Of a stretch of 64,000 nt of DNA, positions 1 through 8,888 are shown piece after piece. The stretch is from Gammaproteobacteria bacterium. GTDB lineage: Bacteria; Pseudomonadota; Gammaproteobacteria; Magnimaribacterales; D2472. The notes beneath the pieces are model-generated. The model had not been told where the DNA came from, made no database searches, and worked only from the letters and a program-made list of their open reading frames with translations. The stretch lies in the NCBI GenBank assembly GCA_045564035.1, contig JBJLIA010000033.1:10682-74681 (forward strand). The letters run 5' to 3'. How positions within the stretch are numbered: position 1 is the first letter of the stretch; each line of letters begins with the position of its first letter. The position numbers and the translations under genes were made by a program.

Positions 1-65
1 GATTTAGGGTTAGAAATAAGCTCAGAGCATCTAGACCAAGTTTCAAGACCTAATATATTTGTCAT
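1..65 (-). CDS. Partial ORF running off the left edge (first ~21 codons only), function unknown
   Basis: Minus-strand ATG at 65..63 is preceded by a GAGAGG Shine-Dalgarno-like motif and stays open to position 1. Too short to assign. Confidence 0.2.
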   Translation of the reverse strand, partial: MTNILGLETWSRCSELISNPK

Positions 66-146
66 TCCTCTCTGAGTAGATAGGTCTGATGAGTGCACTA
101 AAGTTGAACTTAAACCAATGCAGAAAAAAATTAGTTTATACATAAT

Positions 147-1814
147 TTAATAGATTATAGATGATTTTAATTTCACATCTGACATTTGCCATATCACTTT
201 GTGTTGAGTCAAAGCCTCATCAGATAATTTAATATTTCCAATGGCTTTATGAGCTTTATAAAGACCATAATAAGACCAACCGTTTCGTGGATAATTTTCT
301 AAATCTTTTTTGAAAACATTAATGGCTTCTTCAAAATCATTATTCAGTAATAAAGCATGGCCAAGTGATTGTCTGGAGGGATAATACCAAAATTCTGGCT
401 CTCTATAAGGTAGCGCATCTTGAACAGCTACAGCCATCTTAAAATGCATGATAGAAGTATCTAGATTCATCTTAGATAACTCAATTTGGCCCATAGCAAG
501 GTGATTTGCAATCTCTAATAATTTATCGGATGGTTGACCAGCTTTGATGATAACTTTAATTTCAGGGGTGTCTTTTAATGGTAATATTTGTTGTTGCTCA
601 GATTCAGCACTTTTTAAATCACCAGTTGATGCAAAAGCAACACTTCTTGCGTAATGGTATAAGCCTAAGGAAAATTTAAACTCTTCTATTGGTTTATTAT
701 AAGATAAAATTTCATCCCACTTTGCAAACCTAATGTATGAGAGCAATGGAATTGTGTGAAAAAATTCAAGAAATGGAAGTTGTTTAATCTGCTCAACTCG
801 AACATATTTAGATACTTTTAAAGCTGATTCTATTGATAGCTTGCTTCTTCCCTCCATCGTTGAAGCTGCCCAAAGAAAATGAACATTGTGAGGATAATAC
901 AATGCTGGATAAAAGCCTTGAGCATTACACTGAGCAATATAATCTTCATCAACTTTTGCTGCTTCAATATTAGCAAGAGAGGCATCATGATATCTTCCTA
1001 AACGCCAATAAATATGGGCTGGCATATGAACTAGATGACCTGCACCAGGAACCAACTTTGCCAATCTATCAGCTGGTTTTTCAGCTCTAGCAGGATCTGA
1101 GGATGCTTCTACTGCATGAATATATAAATGAATTGCAAGCGGATGATTAGGATCTGACTCTAGCACTGACTCCAAACTATTAATAACTTTTACAGTATTA
1201 GGTTTTGGGTCTCCATCTTCAGCCCAATAATTCCAAGGCATAGTATTCATCAATGCCTCTGCAAACAATGAGGCCGCATCGTTATCATTGGGATAAGTTC
1301 TGGATAGATTTTCCATAGCATTTGCATATGCCATATCTAATGGATCTCTATTGGATTGAGGATTTCCATCATATCTTGAAGACAATGCTGATATATATGC
1401 TTTCTCTTTTTGGGAAACATTATCAGATAAAGAAATAGCTTTATTGATAGCTTCAAACGCTGCAACCCTATTTTGCGGTGACATGATAACTTTACCATCA
1501 CTATTAACATTGATATTGGGACCTAAAGCTAGCGCCTCACCCCAATAGCACATTGCACAGCTGGGATCTAATTTTTGAGCTGCTTTAAAACTTCTAATTG
1601 ATTCGGCATGATTAAAGGCAAAAGCCATAATCATTCCTTGATCGAAATATTTCTGAACGCCATGAATATCAGATGATATAACATGCGAATGATTACCAAG
1701 ACCTTTAAGTAATGGAGCTCCAGCTTTACTTACAAGCTCACTATCTGGACTGTCGGTACACGAAGAAAATATAAATAAAGAAATAGTTATTATAAAAAAT
1801 TTAATTTTTAGCAT
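147..1814 (-). CDS. Exported TPR-repeat-like protein, probable lipoprotein, function unknown
   Basis: 555-aa ORF. N-terminal signal peptide ends in a lipobox-like FSSC. The rest is helical-repeat sequence with no catalytic motif recognised. Confidence 0.6.
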   Translation of the reverse strand: MLKIKFFIITISLFIFSSCTDSPDSELVSKAGAPLLKGLGNHSHVISSDIHGVQKYFDQGMIMAFAFNHAESIRSFKAAQKLDPSCAMCYWGEALALGPNINVNSDGKVIMSPQNRVAAFEAINKAISLSDNVSQKEKAYISALSSRYDGNPQSNRDPLDMAYANAMENLSRTYPNDNDAASLFAEALMNTMPWNYWAEDGDPKPNTVKVINSLESVLESDPNHPLAIHLYIHAVEASSDPARAEKPADRLAKLVPGAGHLVHMPAHIYWRLGRYHDASLANIEAAKVDEDYIAQCNAQGFYPALYYPHNVHFLWAASTMEGRSKLSIESALKVSKYVRVEQIKQLPFLEFFHTIPLLSYIRFAKWDEILSYNKPIEEFKFSLGLYHYARSVAFASTGDLKSAESEQQQILPLKDTPEIKVIIKAGQPSDKLLEIANHLAMGQIELSKMNLDTSIMHFKMAVAVQDALPYREPEFWYYPSRQSLGHALLLNNDFEEAINVFKKDLENYPRNGWSYYGLYKAHKAIGNIKLSDEALTQHKVIWQMSDVKLKSSIIY

Positions 1815-1948
1815 CAGTTAATCCTTCAAATAATTTAAAAAATAATTATCACATACAACATCACAAATAAGAATTATTCTCATTTGAAAATGATTAGTGT
1901 AATATTTATACATATCTTAATAAAGAGATATTATTTTTGGAGAAAAAT

Positions 1949-2350
1949 ATGGAACTTGAATTATGGAATATATTTCAAAGCTCAAGGGGAGCAAACGCAA
2001 CGATGATTCTTTCAGTGACTATCGGTATATGGATAGCTGCAAGATTTGCGAGTGTTGCTAGAGAAAATGATGCGCCAGTTTTAATGAAGGCAATTATTTC
2101 AATATTTGCTTTGTCTGGTTTTGCATTTGGCTGGATGGTTATAACTAGAGCAGTTAATAGCTGGGTTGTTCAAGCAACAGCTTTATCTGATCTAAGAGAA
2201 TCTGGTACAGAATTAAGCCCAATTGCAAGTCAATATGTTGAAATGTACGGAGGAGAATTCATGACAAATCCAGGCCCTATAGGAATGGCATATTTAATTT
2301 CAGGGTTGCTAATTGCACTTTTACCGCTGTGGCTAAAGGATAATAAATAA
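1949..2350 (+). CDS. Small integral membrane protein, function unknown
   Basis: ORF track starts at TTG 1937. ATG 1949 sits 6 nt after GGAG (1939..1942) and is preferred. Several hydrophobic segments; followed by an intrinsic terminator. Confidence 0.55.
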   Translation: MELELWNIFQSSRGANATMILSVTIGIWIAARFASVARENDAPVLMKAIISIFALSGFAFGWMVITRAVNSWVVQATALSDLRESGTELSPIASQYVEMYGGEFMTNPGPIGMAYLISGLLIALLPLWLKDNK

Positions 2351-2365
2351 TATAAATATTTATAT

Positions 2366-2393
2366 AAAAAGCCTGCTTTGAGCAGGCTTTTTT
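2366..2393. terminator. Bidirectional rho-independent terminator between convergent genes
   Basis: AAAAA-GCCTGC-tttga-GCAGGC-TTTTTT. Perfect 6-bp GC-rich stem (2371..2376 / 2382..2387) flanked by an A-tract and a T-tract. Confidence 0.85.
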
Positions 2394-3276
2394 ATGTTTT
2401 CAAATTCTTGATCAAGCTAGAGGTATCTAAATTTCCATCATCATCTTCGGAAAGTTTTTTATAGTTTCTAAGAACAGCTTTTGCAATATTAAGGTCAAGT
2501 GAAGCATTTCCGGATTCTTTTAATGCAATCTTTAAATCTTTGATCATCAAATCAACCGCAAAACCAAAGTCAAACTGACCTTGAACCATAGTTTTAAACC
2601 TATTATCCATTTGCCAAGATTGAGCAGCTCCTTTAGAAATAGCATCGAAAACCTTATTCATATTTAATTCCCTTTTCATACCAAGAGCGATGCCTTCTGA
2701 CAATCCTTGAAGAAGCCCTGCTATGCATAATTGATTAACCATTTTTGTTAATTGGCCATGACCACTAGGCCCAATCTTTATGATAGAACTTGAGTAAGAT
2801 CTCATTATTTTATTTATGATTGAAATTTTGTTATCAGGCCCACCGAACATTACAGACAGAGAGCCATTTTCTGCCCCAACCTGACCACCACTAATGGGAG
2901 CATCAAAGAAAGAAATATTATTCTCGATTAAATTCTGATTGGAATTAATTTTATCTATAAGCTCTAATGAAGTAGTTGAATGATCGATGATAAAAGAATT
3001 TTTTTTTAGGCATGAAAGTAGTTTTTTATTAACCAGCACATCAATAATAGAATTATCATCTTTAAGGCAGATAATTAATCCATGAAATTTAATATTAGGC
3101 GAATTATTGAATATAAATTTAGAACCATCATGCTTATTTAGCCATTTATCAGCTACCTCATCGGTTCTGTTGTAAACATAAAGATCAAAATCCTTATTCT
3201 TTGATAAATGCCCAGCCATAGAATATCCCATGGTTCCAAGTCCAACAAATAAGTATTTCTTTTTAGATTCTTGCAA
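2392..3276 (-). CDS. NAD(P)-dependent beta-hydroxyacid dehydrogenase (3-hydroxyisobutyrate / 6-phosphogluconate dehydrogenase-like family)
   Basis: N-terminal Rossmann motif GLGTMGYSMAGHL. Also DAPISGGQVGAENGSLSVMFGG and GHGQLTKMVNQ motifs typical of the family. Confidence 0.8.
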   Translation of the reverse strand: MQESKKKYLFVGLGTMGYSMAGHLSKNKDFDLYVYNRTDEVADKWLNKHDGSKFIFNNSPNIKFHGLIICLKDDNSIIDVLVNKKLLSCLKKNSFIIDHSTTSLELIDKINSNQNLIENNISFFDAPISGGQVGAENGSLSVMFGGPDNKISIINKIMRSYSSSIIKIGPSGHGQLTKMVNQLCIAGLLQGLSEGIALGMKRELNMNKVFDAISKGAAQSWQMDNRFKTMVQGQFDFGFAVDLMIKDLKIALKESGNASLDLNIAKAVLRNYKKLSEDDDGNLDTSSLIKNLKT

Positions 3277-3739
3277 GTTGTGTTTCAGCTGATGAAACGT
3301 CCATGGCTCCCGGCTCTTCTATATCTATAGACTGGACAATACCATTATCAATAATCATAGCAAATCTTTTACATCGATCACCCATCCCAAAAGCTGAGCC
3401 GTCCATGGTTAGCCCCAGCTCATTGGTTAGATTACAATTTCCATCAGCTATCATATCAATGCCATCAGCGTTTGATGCATCGAACCATGCCTTCATCACG
3501 AAAGGATCGTTAACAGAAACAAATGTAACAGAATAATCTTTGGCTTTAAATTTTTGTAGATTCTCAACATAGCCAGGTAAATGAGATAAATGGCATGTAG
3601 GAGTAAAAGCGCCGGGGACCCCTACCAAAATAATTTTTCTATCTGATAGATAGTCATCTGAGTTTGTATTTTGCATCTCTCCATTAACTAATACTCGTAA
3701 TTCTTGTAACTGAAAATTATCATTTTTTGAAATAGTCAT
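3263..3739 (-). CDS. Peroxiredoxin, Prx5-like subfamily
   Basis: VPGAFTPTC peroxidatic-cysteine motif; 158 aa; thioredoxin fold. Overlaps the downstream dehydrogenase gene by 14 nt. Confidence 0.85.
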   Translation of the reverse strand: MTISKNDNFQLQELRVLVNGEMQNTNSDDYLSDRKIILVGVPGAFTPTCHLSHLPGYVENLQKFKAKDYSVTFVSVNDPFVMKAWFDASNADGIDMIADGNCNLTNELGLTMDGSAFGMGDRCKRFAMIIDNGIVQSIDIEEPGAMDVSSAETQLARI

Positions 3740-3812
3740 ATACGTCTCCTTTTATCAATTTTAACCTATTTAAATTAATTTCATATATTTATAGTTGTTT
3801 TGTTGTTTTAGC

Positions 3813-3824
3813 ATGTTAAAACAT
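3813..3824. promoter_or_regulatory. Candidate operator: short inverted repeat ATGTT-AA-AACAT just upstream of the yerC-like/his operon
   Basis: 5-bp arms with a 2-nt spacer, 14 nt upstream of ATG 3838, in the only intergenic region that can hold the his promoter. Short and AT-rich, so it could be chance. Confidence 0.2.
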
Positions 3825-3837
3825 ATAGAATCTCAAC

Positions 3838-4095
3838 ATGAAATTATCAACTGTCCTAAAAAGTATAAATTCAACAAAAGATATAGATAATTTTTTAAAG
3901 GATTTATGCACGCCATCTGAAATCGAAGCGATGGAGGAGCGTTGGGAAGTAGCTAAGCTTTTATACAAAGGTGATTCTACATATAGAGATATAGCATCCA
4001 AGCTCAATACTTCGACAGCTACGGTGACACGTGTTGCTAGGTTTCTTTATAAAGAATCAAATCAGGGCTATTTAAAGGTTTTAAAAGAGGGTTAA
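3838..4095 (+). CDS. TrpR-like YerC/YecD family DNA-binding protein, first gene of the his operon
   Basis: 85 aa. Motifs CTPSEIEAMEERWEVAKLL and YRDIASKLNTSTATVTRVARFL (helix-turn-helix) are typical of YerC/YecD. The stop lies 2 nt before the hisG ATG. Confidence 0.8.
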   Translation: MKLSTVLKSINSTKDIDNFLKDLCTPSEIEAMEERWEVAKLLYKGDSTYRDIASKLNTSTATVTRVARFLYKESNQGYLKVLKEG

Positions 4096-4097
4096 AA

Positions 4098-4964
4098 ATG
4101 CAATCAAAAATAACTATAGCTATACAAAGAAAAGGCAGGCTCTTTGAAAGCAGTAAAAAATTATTAATTAAATCTGGAATTAATTTTTCTACTTCTGGTG
4201 AAAAACTATTAGCTCGTTCATCTAATATGGATATCGACATACTGTTAGTAAGGGATGACGACATTCCTTCACTTGTCTCCAAGGGAGTCGCCGATCTCGG
4301 AATCGTTGGGCAAAATGTTTTAGCAGAACAAGCAGCGACTAATAAGCAAATCACAGCGAGATCTATACTGAAATTAGGATTCTCAAATTGCAAACTTGCA
4401 TTTGCAAAACCCCTTAATTCAAAGTTGCGGTCGTTAAAAAATAAAACTATTGCTACTTCATATCCAGCTTTAGTAAAAAAATATTTAAGTAAAAATAATA
4501 TCAATGCAGATGTTATTAAAATTAATGGTTCTGTTGAATTAACTCCATATATAGGGATAGCAGATTGTATTTGTGATCTAGTTTCATCTGGCGCGACGCT
4601 TGATGCTAATAACTTGATTGAATTTAAAACACTTATGGAATCAGAGGCTGTACTGATATCAACCCTTGAGTCAAAAAAGATAGCTCAAGTTAATATCATA
4701 AATTTAATAAAAAGATTTGAGGGTGTTATCAATGCAGCAGAAAGTAAATATGTGATGCTAAATGCTCAAAGTAATGCAATTAATAAAATATGCAAATTGT
4801 TGCCTGGAGCTGATTCACCAACAATTATTCCACTGCAGAAAGACAATAAAGTAGCGATACATGCTCTATGCAAAGAACCTGTATTTTGGGAAACAATGGA
4901 AAAATTAAAATCAAATGGAGCATCCTCCATTTTGGTTTTGCCAGTTGAAAAAATATTAAATTAG
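4098..4964 (+). CDS. hisG: ATP phosphoribosyltransferase, long form
   Basis: 288 aa. Family-typical KGRL..S, DIPSLV..G.ADLGIVG and DLVSSGATL motifs plus the C-terminal regulatory domain. His operon context. Confidence 0.95.
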   Translation: MQSKITIAIQRKGRLFESSKKLLIKSGINFSTSGEKLLARSSNMDIDILLVRDDDIPSLVSKGVADLGIVGQNVLAEQAATNKQITARSILKLGFSNCKLAFAKPLNSKLRSLKNKTIATSYPALVKKYLSKNNINADVIKINGSVELTPYIGIADCICDLVSSGATLDANNLIEFKTLMESEAVLISTLESKKIAQVNIINLIKRFEGVINAAESKYVMLNAQSNAINKICKLLPGADSPTIIPLQKDNKVAIHALCKEPVFWETMEKLKSNGASSILVLPVEKILN

Positions 4965-6836
4965 ATGAAAATAATTAATCGATCTTCCTCAAATAAGCAA
5001 ATTCGATGGCTTGCAAGCCAGTCTGATAATAAGAGTCTTAACAAGACAGTTATGCGTATTAAAGATTTGGTTTTGAATGATGGCACCAAAGCCTTTGATA
5101 AAATTAATAAAGAGTTAAATCTGAGCTCTCCTCGGTCATATAAAGTAAAAATATCAGAAATTAAAAAGTCTGAACTTTTGATTACAGATAGTTTAAAGCA
5201 GTCAATTCTTAACTCAGCAGCTAACATAAAAATTATTTGTGAGAATGATAAGAAAGGCCTTTCAGGTTTGCCTGTTGAAACAACTAAAGGAATTAAAATA
5301 TGGAAAGAGTTTAGATCAATTGATTCGGTGGGTATCTACGTTCCAGGAGGAAGTGCTCCATTAATTTCGTCACTATTAATGCAGCTTATACCTGCAAAAG
5401 TAGCAGGGTGTAAAAATATTATTATTTGCACTCCCCCGAATAAAAAAGGTGACATTGCGCCAGAAATATTATGGATTGCAAAATTATATGACATAACAAG
5501 TATTTATAAAGTAGGCGGCGCACAAGCTATATTTGGAATGGCTTATGGAACAACTATCATCCCAAAAGTTAATAAGATATTTGGACCAGGAAATGCATAT
5601 GTAAACGAAGCTAAAAAAGTATGCTCAAATGATGTTGCTATTGATCTACCAGCAGGACCGAGCGAAGTCATGATAGTAACTGATAAAATTCAAAATGCTC
5701 CTATTGCTGCCGCTGACGCATTGTCACAATTAGAGCATGATCCAAATTCACGAGCATTTATTATTTCAAAGAATCTAACTATTCTAAATAAGGTCAGAAC
5801 GGAGATTCGAAAACAAATGAAAGATCTATCAAGGCAATCTGTCATTAAAAAAAGCATGCAAAACTTACTAATGATTAAAGCTAAATCTTTCAATGATTCA
5901 CTGACACTAATTAATGAATGTGCGCCAGAACATTTAATTTTATTAGATGAGGATTATTCTAAATATATTGGTGATATTAACAATGCCGGATCAATTTTTT
6001 GTGGCTCATTGAGTCCAGAATCATTTGGTGATTACTCATCTGGCTCAAATCATGTTCTGCCAACCAATGGACAGGCCAAAGTTCACTCAGGCTTAAGCGT
6101 TAGTGATTTTGGTAAACAAATTAGTGTTCAGACTGCTTCACCTCAGGGATTTAACAATCTAAAGGATACAGTAATCGAAATGGCAAAAGCAGAAACTTTG
6201 GATGCTCATGAGAAGGCTGTAAGAATTAGGGAGACCTTAGCAGCAAAAGAAGCAAGCTCAAGAAGCTTTACAGAAATTAGAAAAACTAATGAAACTAGTA
6301 TTTATATAAACTTAAATCTAGATGGCACAGGAAATTACAATATAAAAACTGGTCTCAATTACTTAGATCATCTTTTGGAACAATTCTCTAAGCATGGATG
6401 CATGGACTTAAACTTAACTTGTTTGGGTGATTTAGAAATAGATGAACATCACACTATTGAAGATATAGCAATTGCACTAGGCACTGCAATTAATAACGCA
6501 CTTGGAGATAGGGTTGGTATTTCAAGATATGCTTCAAGCGAAATATTGGTAATGGACGAAGTTAAAAGCAATATCAGCATAGATTTAAGCTCTAGACGAT
6601 TTCTTGATTTCAAATGTTCTGAATTAAGGGACTATGTTGGCGATTTTCCAACTGAGATGTTTGAACACTTTTTTGTATCTCTTATTAATTCTATCGCTAT
6701 GACATGTCATATCGAAACAACAGGGAAAAATTCTCATCATCTGCTTGAAGCTACATTCAAAACTTTTGCAAGATGTTTAAAATCAGCTGTGATTGTAGAA
6801 TCATCCAGGTCCTCGTCAACGAAAGGTTTGCTATGA
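4965..6836 (+). CDS. hisDB: Fusion protein: histidinol dehydrogenase (N-terminal ~424 aa) joined to imidazoleglycerol-phosphate dehydratase (C-terminal ~190 aa)
   Basis: HisD motifs: SQLEHDP, APEHL, GDYSSGSNHVLPT. After a short linker (AAKEASSRS, ~6237..6266) come IGPD motifs: RKTNETSIYINLNLDG, DEHHTIEDIAIALG, GKNSHHLLEATFKTFARCL. Single uninterrupted 623-aa ORF. Confidence 0.9.
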   Translation: MKIINRSSSNKQIRWLASQSDNKSLNKTVMRIKDLVLNDGTKAFDKINKELNLSSPRSYKVKISEIKKSELLITDSLKQSILNSAANIKIICENDKKGLSGLPVETTKGIKIWKEFRSIDSVGIYVPGGSAPLISSLLMQLIPAKVAGCKNIIICTPPNKKGDIAPEILWIAKLYDITSIYKVGGAQAIFGMAYGTTIIPKVNKIFGPGNAYVNEAKKVCSNDVAIDLPAGPSEVMIVTDKIQNAPIAAADALSQLEHDPNSRAFIISKNLTILNKVRTEIRKQMKDLSRQSVIKKSMQNLLMIKAKSFNDSLTLINECAPEHLILLDEDYSKYIGDINNAGSIFCGSLSPESFGDYSSGSNHVLPTNGQAKVHSGLSVSDFGKQISVQTASPQGFNNLKDTVIEMAKAETLDAHEKAVRIRETLAAKEASSRSFTEIRKTNETSIYINLNLDGTGNYNIKTGLNYLDHLLEQFSKHGCMDLNLTCLGDLEIDEHHTIEDIAIALGTAINNALGDRVGISRYASSEILVMDEVKSNISIDLSSRRFLDFKCSELRDYVGDFPTEMFEHFFVSLINSIAMTCHIETTGKNSHHLLEATFKTFARCLKSAVIVESSRSSSTKGLL

Positions 6837-7414
6837 CTGTAGCCATTATTGATTGTGGAGGAGCAAATCTTCGCTCAGTTCAAAAAGCAGTGGAGCTTCA
6901 AGACATGAAAGCCGTTATTACAAATGATAAAAATATTATATCCAATGCTTCATTTGTTATTCTGCCAGGTGTTGGCTCTGCAATGAGTGTCATGAATAAC
7001 CTTCAAGATAACAATCTAACGGAAACAATCAAAGAGCTAACAATGCCTGTTCTTGGAATTTGTATCGGAATGCATGTTCTCTTTGATTATTCTGCTGAGC
7101 ACAATACTGAATGTCTAGGCATCATTCCAGGAAATATTAAAAAATTTGATTCTAAGTTAGCTTTCAAGGTACCTCAAATGGGGTGGAATAAAGTAACATT
7201 TATTCAAGAGCAGTTTAAAAAACTTAATAATTACTATTATTTTGCTAATAGCTACTATTCACAAATTTTTGATCAAGCCCTAGCATCAGCTGAACATGGT
7301 GAATCCTTTGCAGCGGTTATTCAGAAAGATAATTTTCTTGGTTGTCAGTTTCATCCAGAAAAATCATCTTTTGCAGGAAAAAAATTTCTAGATCATTTCT
7401 TTAATTCGTCATGA
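6833..7414 (+). CDS. hisH: Imidazole glycerol phosphate synthase, glutamine amidotransferase subunit
   Basis: Start moved to ATG 6833, giving MTVAIIDCGGANLRSV. It forms an ATGA overlap with the hisDB stop. GICIGMH catalytic Cys and QFHPEKS motifs present. Confidence 0.9.
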   Translation: MTVAIIDCGGANLRSVQKAVELQDMKAVITNDKNIISNASFVILPGVGSAMSVMNNLQDNNLTETIKELTMPVLGICIGMHVLFDYSAEHNTECLGIIPGNIKKFDSKLAFKVPQMGWNKVTFIQEQFKKLNNYYYFANSYYSQIFDQALASAEHGESFAAVIQKDNFLGCQFHPEKSSFAGKKFLDHFFNSS

Positions 7415-8130
7415 GAATTCTTCCTGCTATCGATCTAAAAAATGGACACTGCGTTAGATTGTTGCAAGGTGATTTTAATCGGGTCACTAAATATAATTCA
7501 GATCCTTTAGCTCAGGCAAATTACTTTAAATCAAATCAGCTGAATCATTTGCATATCGTGGATCTTGACGGTGCAAAAACTGGAAATCAGCTCAATGTAA
7601 ATATAATTAAAACAATTTTAGAAATTTCAGATATTACATTACAGGTTGGTGGAGGCATTAGATCTATTCAAAAAGTTGAGTCCATGCTGAATATGGGGGT
7701 ATCAAGAGTTATTATTGGAACTGCCCTATTCCAAGAAAATTTTTTGCAAGATTTAAAGAAAAATTTTGATGCTGATCAAGTGGTATTAGCATTAGATTTT
7801 AAAATCAATAATTTTATACCTACAATTTATACACATGGCTGGCAGGATAATAGTCAAATTGATCTATATGATTTTTTAGGCGCCCAATCCTTTTTTTCAA
7901 ATATCCTAGCTACCGATATTTCCTTAGATGGATTAATGAAGGGTCCTAGTTTTAATACCTACAAAGAAATTTTAAAACTATTTCCATCATTAAACCTCAT
8001 AGCCTCAGGGGGCATTAAAAGCCTTCAAGATCTTGATGTGCTGAAAGCTATGAAAATCACAGAAACCGTTGTTGGAAAAGCTATATATGAAGAAAATATT
8101 TCCCTAAGAGATCTTAGCAATGATTACTAA
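7411..8130 (+). CDS. hisA: ProFAR isomerase
   Basis: ILPAIDLKNGHCVRL, HIVDLDGA and QVGGGIRS motifs. ATGA overlap with hisH. Confidence 0.95.
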   Translation: MRILPAIDLKNGHCVRLLQGDFNRVTKYNSDPLAQANYFKSNQLNHLHIVDLDGAKTGNQLNVNIIKTILEISDITLQVGGGIRSIQKVESMLNMGVSRVIIGTALFQENFLQDLKKNFDADQVVLALDFKINNFIPTIYTHGWQDNSQIDLYDFLGAQSFFSNILATDISLDGLMKGPSFNTYKEILKLFPSLNLIASGGIKSLQDLDVLKAMKITETVVGKAIYEENISLRDLSNDY

Positions 8131-8887
8131 GCGAGTTATCCCCTGTCTTGATGTAAAAGAAGGTAAAGTTGTCAAAGGAGTTCAATTCAAAAATCATCAA
8201 ATAGTTGGCTCAATAATTGATTTAGCAAAAAAGTATTCTGATGATGGAGCTGATGAATTGGTGTTTTATGATATCTCAGCAAGCACTGAGGGCTCTATTG
8301 TTGATAAAGCCTGGGTTTCAAAAATCGCTGATGTTATCAATATTCCCTTTTGTGTTGCTGGGGGGATCAAGTCAATAGAGGATGCAAGACAGATACTAAA
8401 CCTAGGAGCTGATAAAATTTCTATTAATACTCCAGCGTTAAATGATCCTCAATTAATTCAAATTCTTAGCAATGAATTTGGTTCACAGTGTGTTGTTATA
8501 GGTATGGATATTAAGTTTATCGATGGTCAATCCTTTTTATTTGCAAAAACTGGTAGTGAGAAAACAGCCTACTCTACTAACATAAATGCTAATGATTGGT
8601 TGATTAAGGTGCAAGAACTTGGAGCTGGTGAGGTTGTAATTAATGCCATGGGTCAAGATGGCGTCAAGAATGGATACGATATCGAATTACTCAAATCACT
8701 TGGATCTATATGTTCAATACCCATGATTGCATCAGGTGGTGCTGGAGAGCCTCAACATTTTGTTGATGTTTTTGAGAAGACAAATGTCGATGGCGCTCTT
8801 GCAGCGAGCATATTCCATAAAAATGAATATTCTATAGATCGGGTTAAATATGAGCTGAAATCTAATAATATAAATGTAAGGATATAA
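8120..8887 (+). CDS. hisF: Imidazole glycerol phosphate synthase, cyclase subunit
   Basis: RVIPCLDVKEGKVVKGV, CVAGGIKS and ASGGAG motifs. Confidence 0.95.
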   Translation: MITKRVIPCLDVKEGKVVKGVQFKNHQIVGSIIDLAKKYSDDGADELVFYDISASTEGSIVDKAWVSKIADVINIPFCVAGGIKSIEDARQILNLGADKISINTPALNDPQLIQILSNEFGSQCVVIGMDIKFIDGQSFLFAKTGSEKTAYSTNINANDWLIKVQELGAGEVVINAMGQDGVKNGYDIELLKSLGSICSIPMIASGGAGEPQHFVDVFEKTNVDGALAASIFHKNEYSIDRVKYELKSNNINVRI

Positions 8888-8888
8888 A

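Noticed and set aside
1866-1884. Second Fur-like sequence AATAAGAATTATTCTCATT in the divergent promoter region at 1815..1948
   Set aside because: Only about 11 of 19 positions match the recalled consensus and it lacks the 7-1-7 symmetry. Expected by chance in AT-rich DNA.
3740-3837. Possible histidine leader peptide/attenuator or T-box upstream of the his operon
   Set aside because: No run of His codons, no short leader ORF and no terminator/antiterminator hairpin set is visible in the 98-nt region.
4037-4504. 155-aa minus-strand ORF overlapping the yerC-like gene and hisG
   Set aside because: It is entirely antisense to two well-supported genes, has a low-complexity hydrophobic translation and no recognisable motif. 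Most likely a shadow ORF.
6773-6832. Longer hisH start given in the ORF track (6773)
   Set aside because: It would overlap hisDB by 64 nt and add a non-conserved N-terminus. ATG 6833 yields the canonical MTVAIIDCGGANL start and an ATGA coupling junction.
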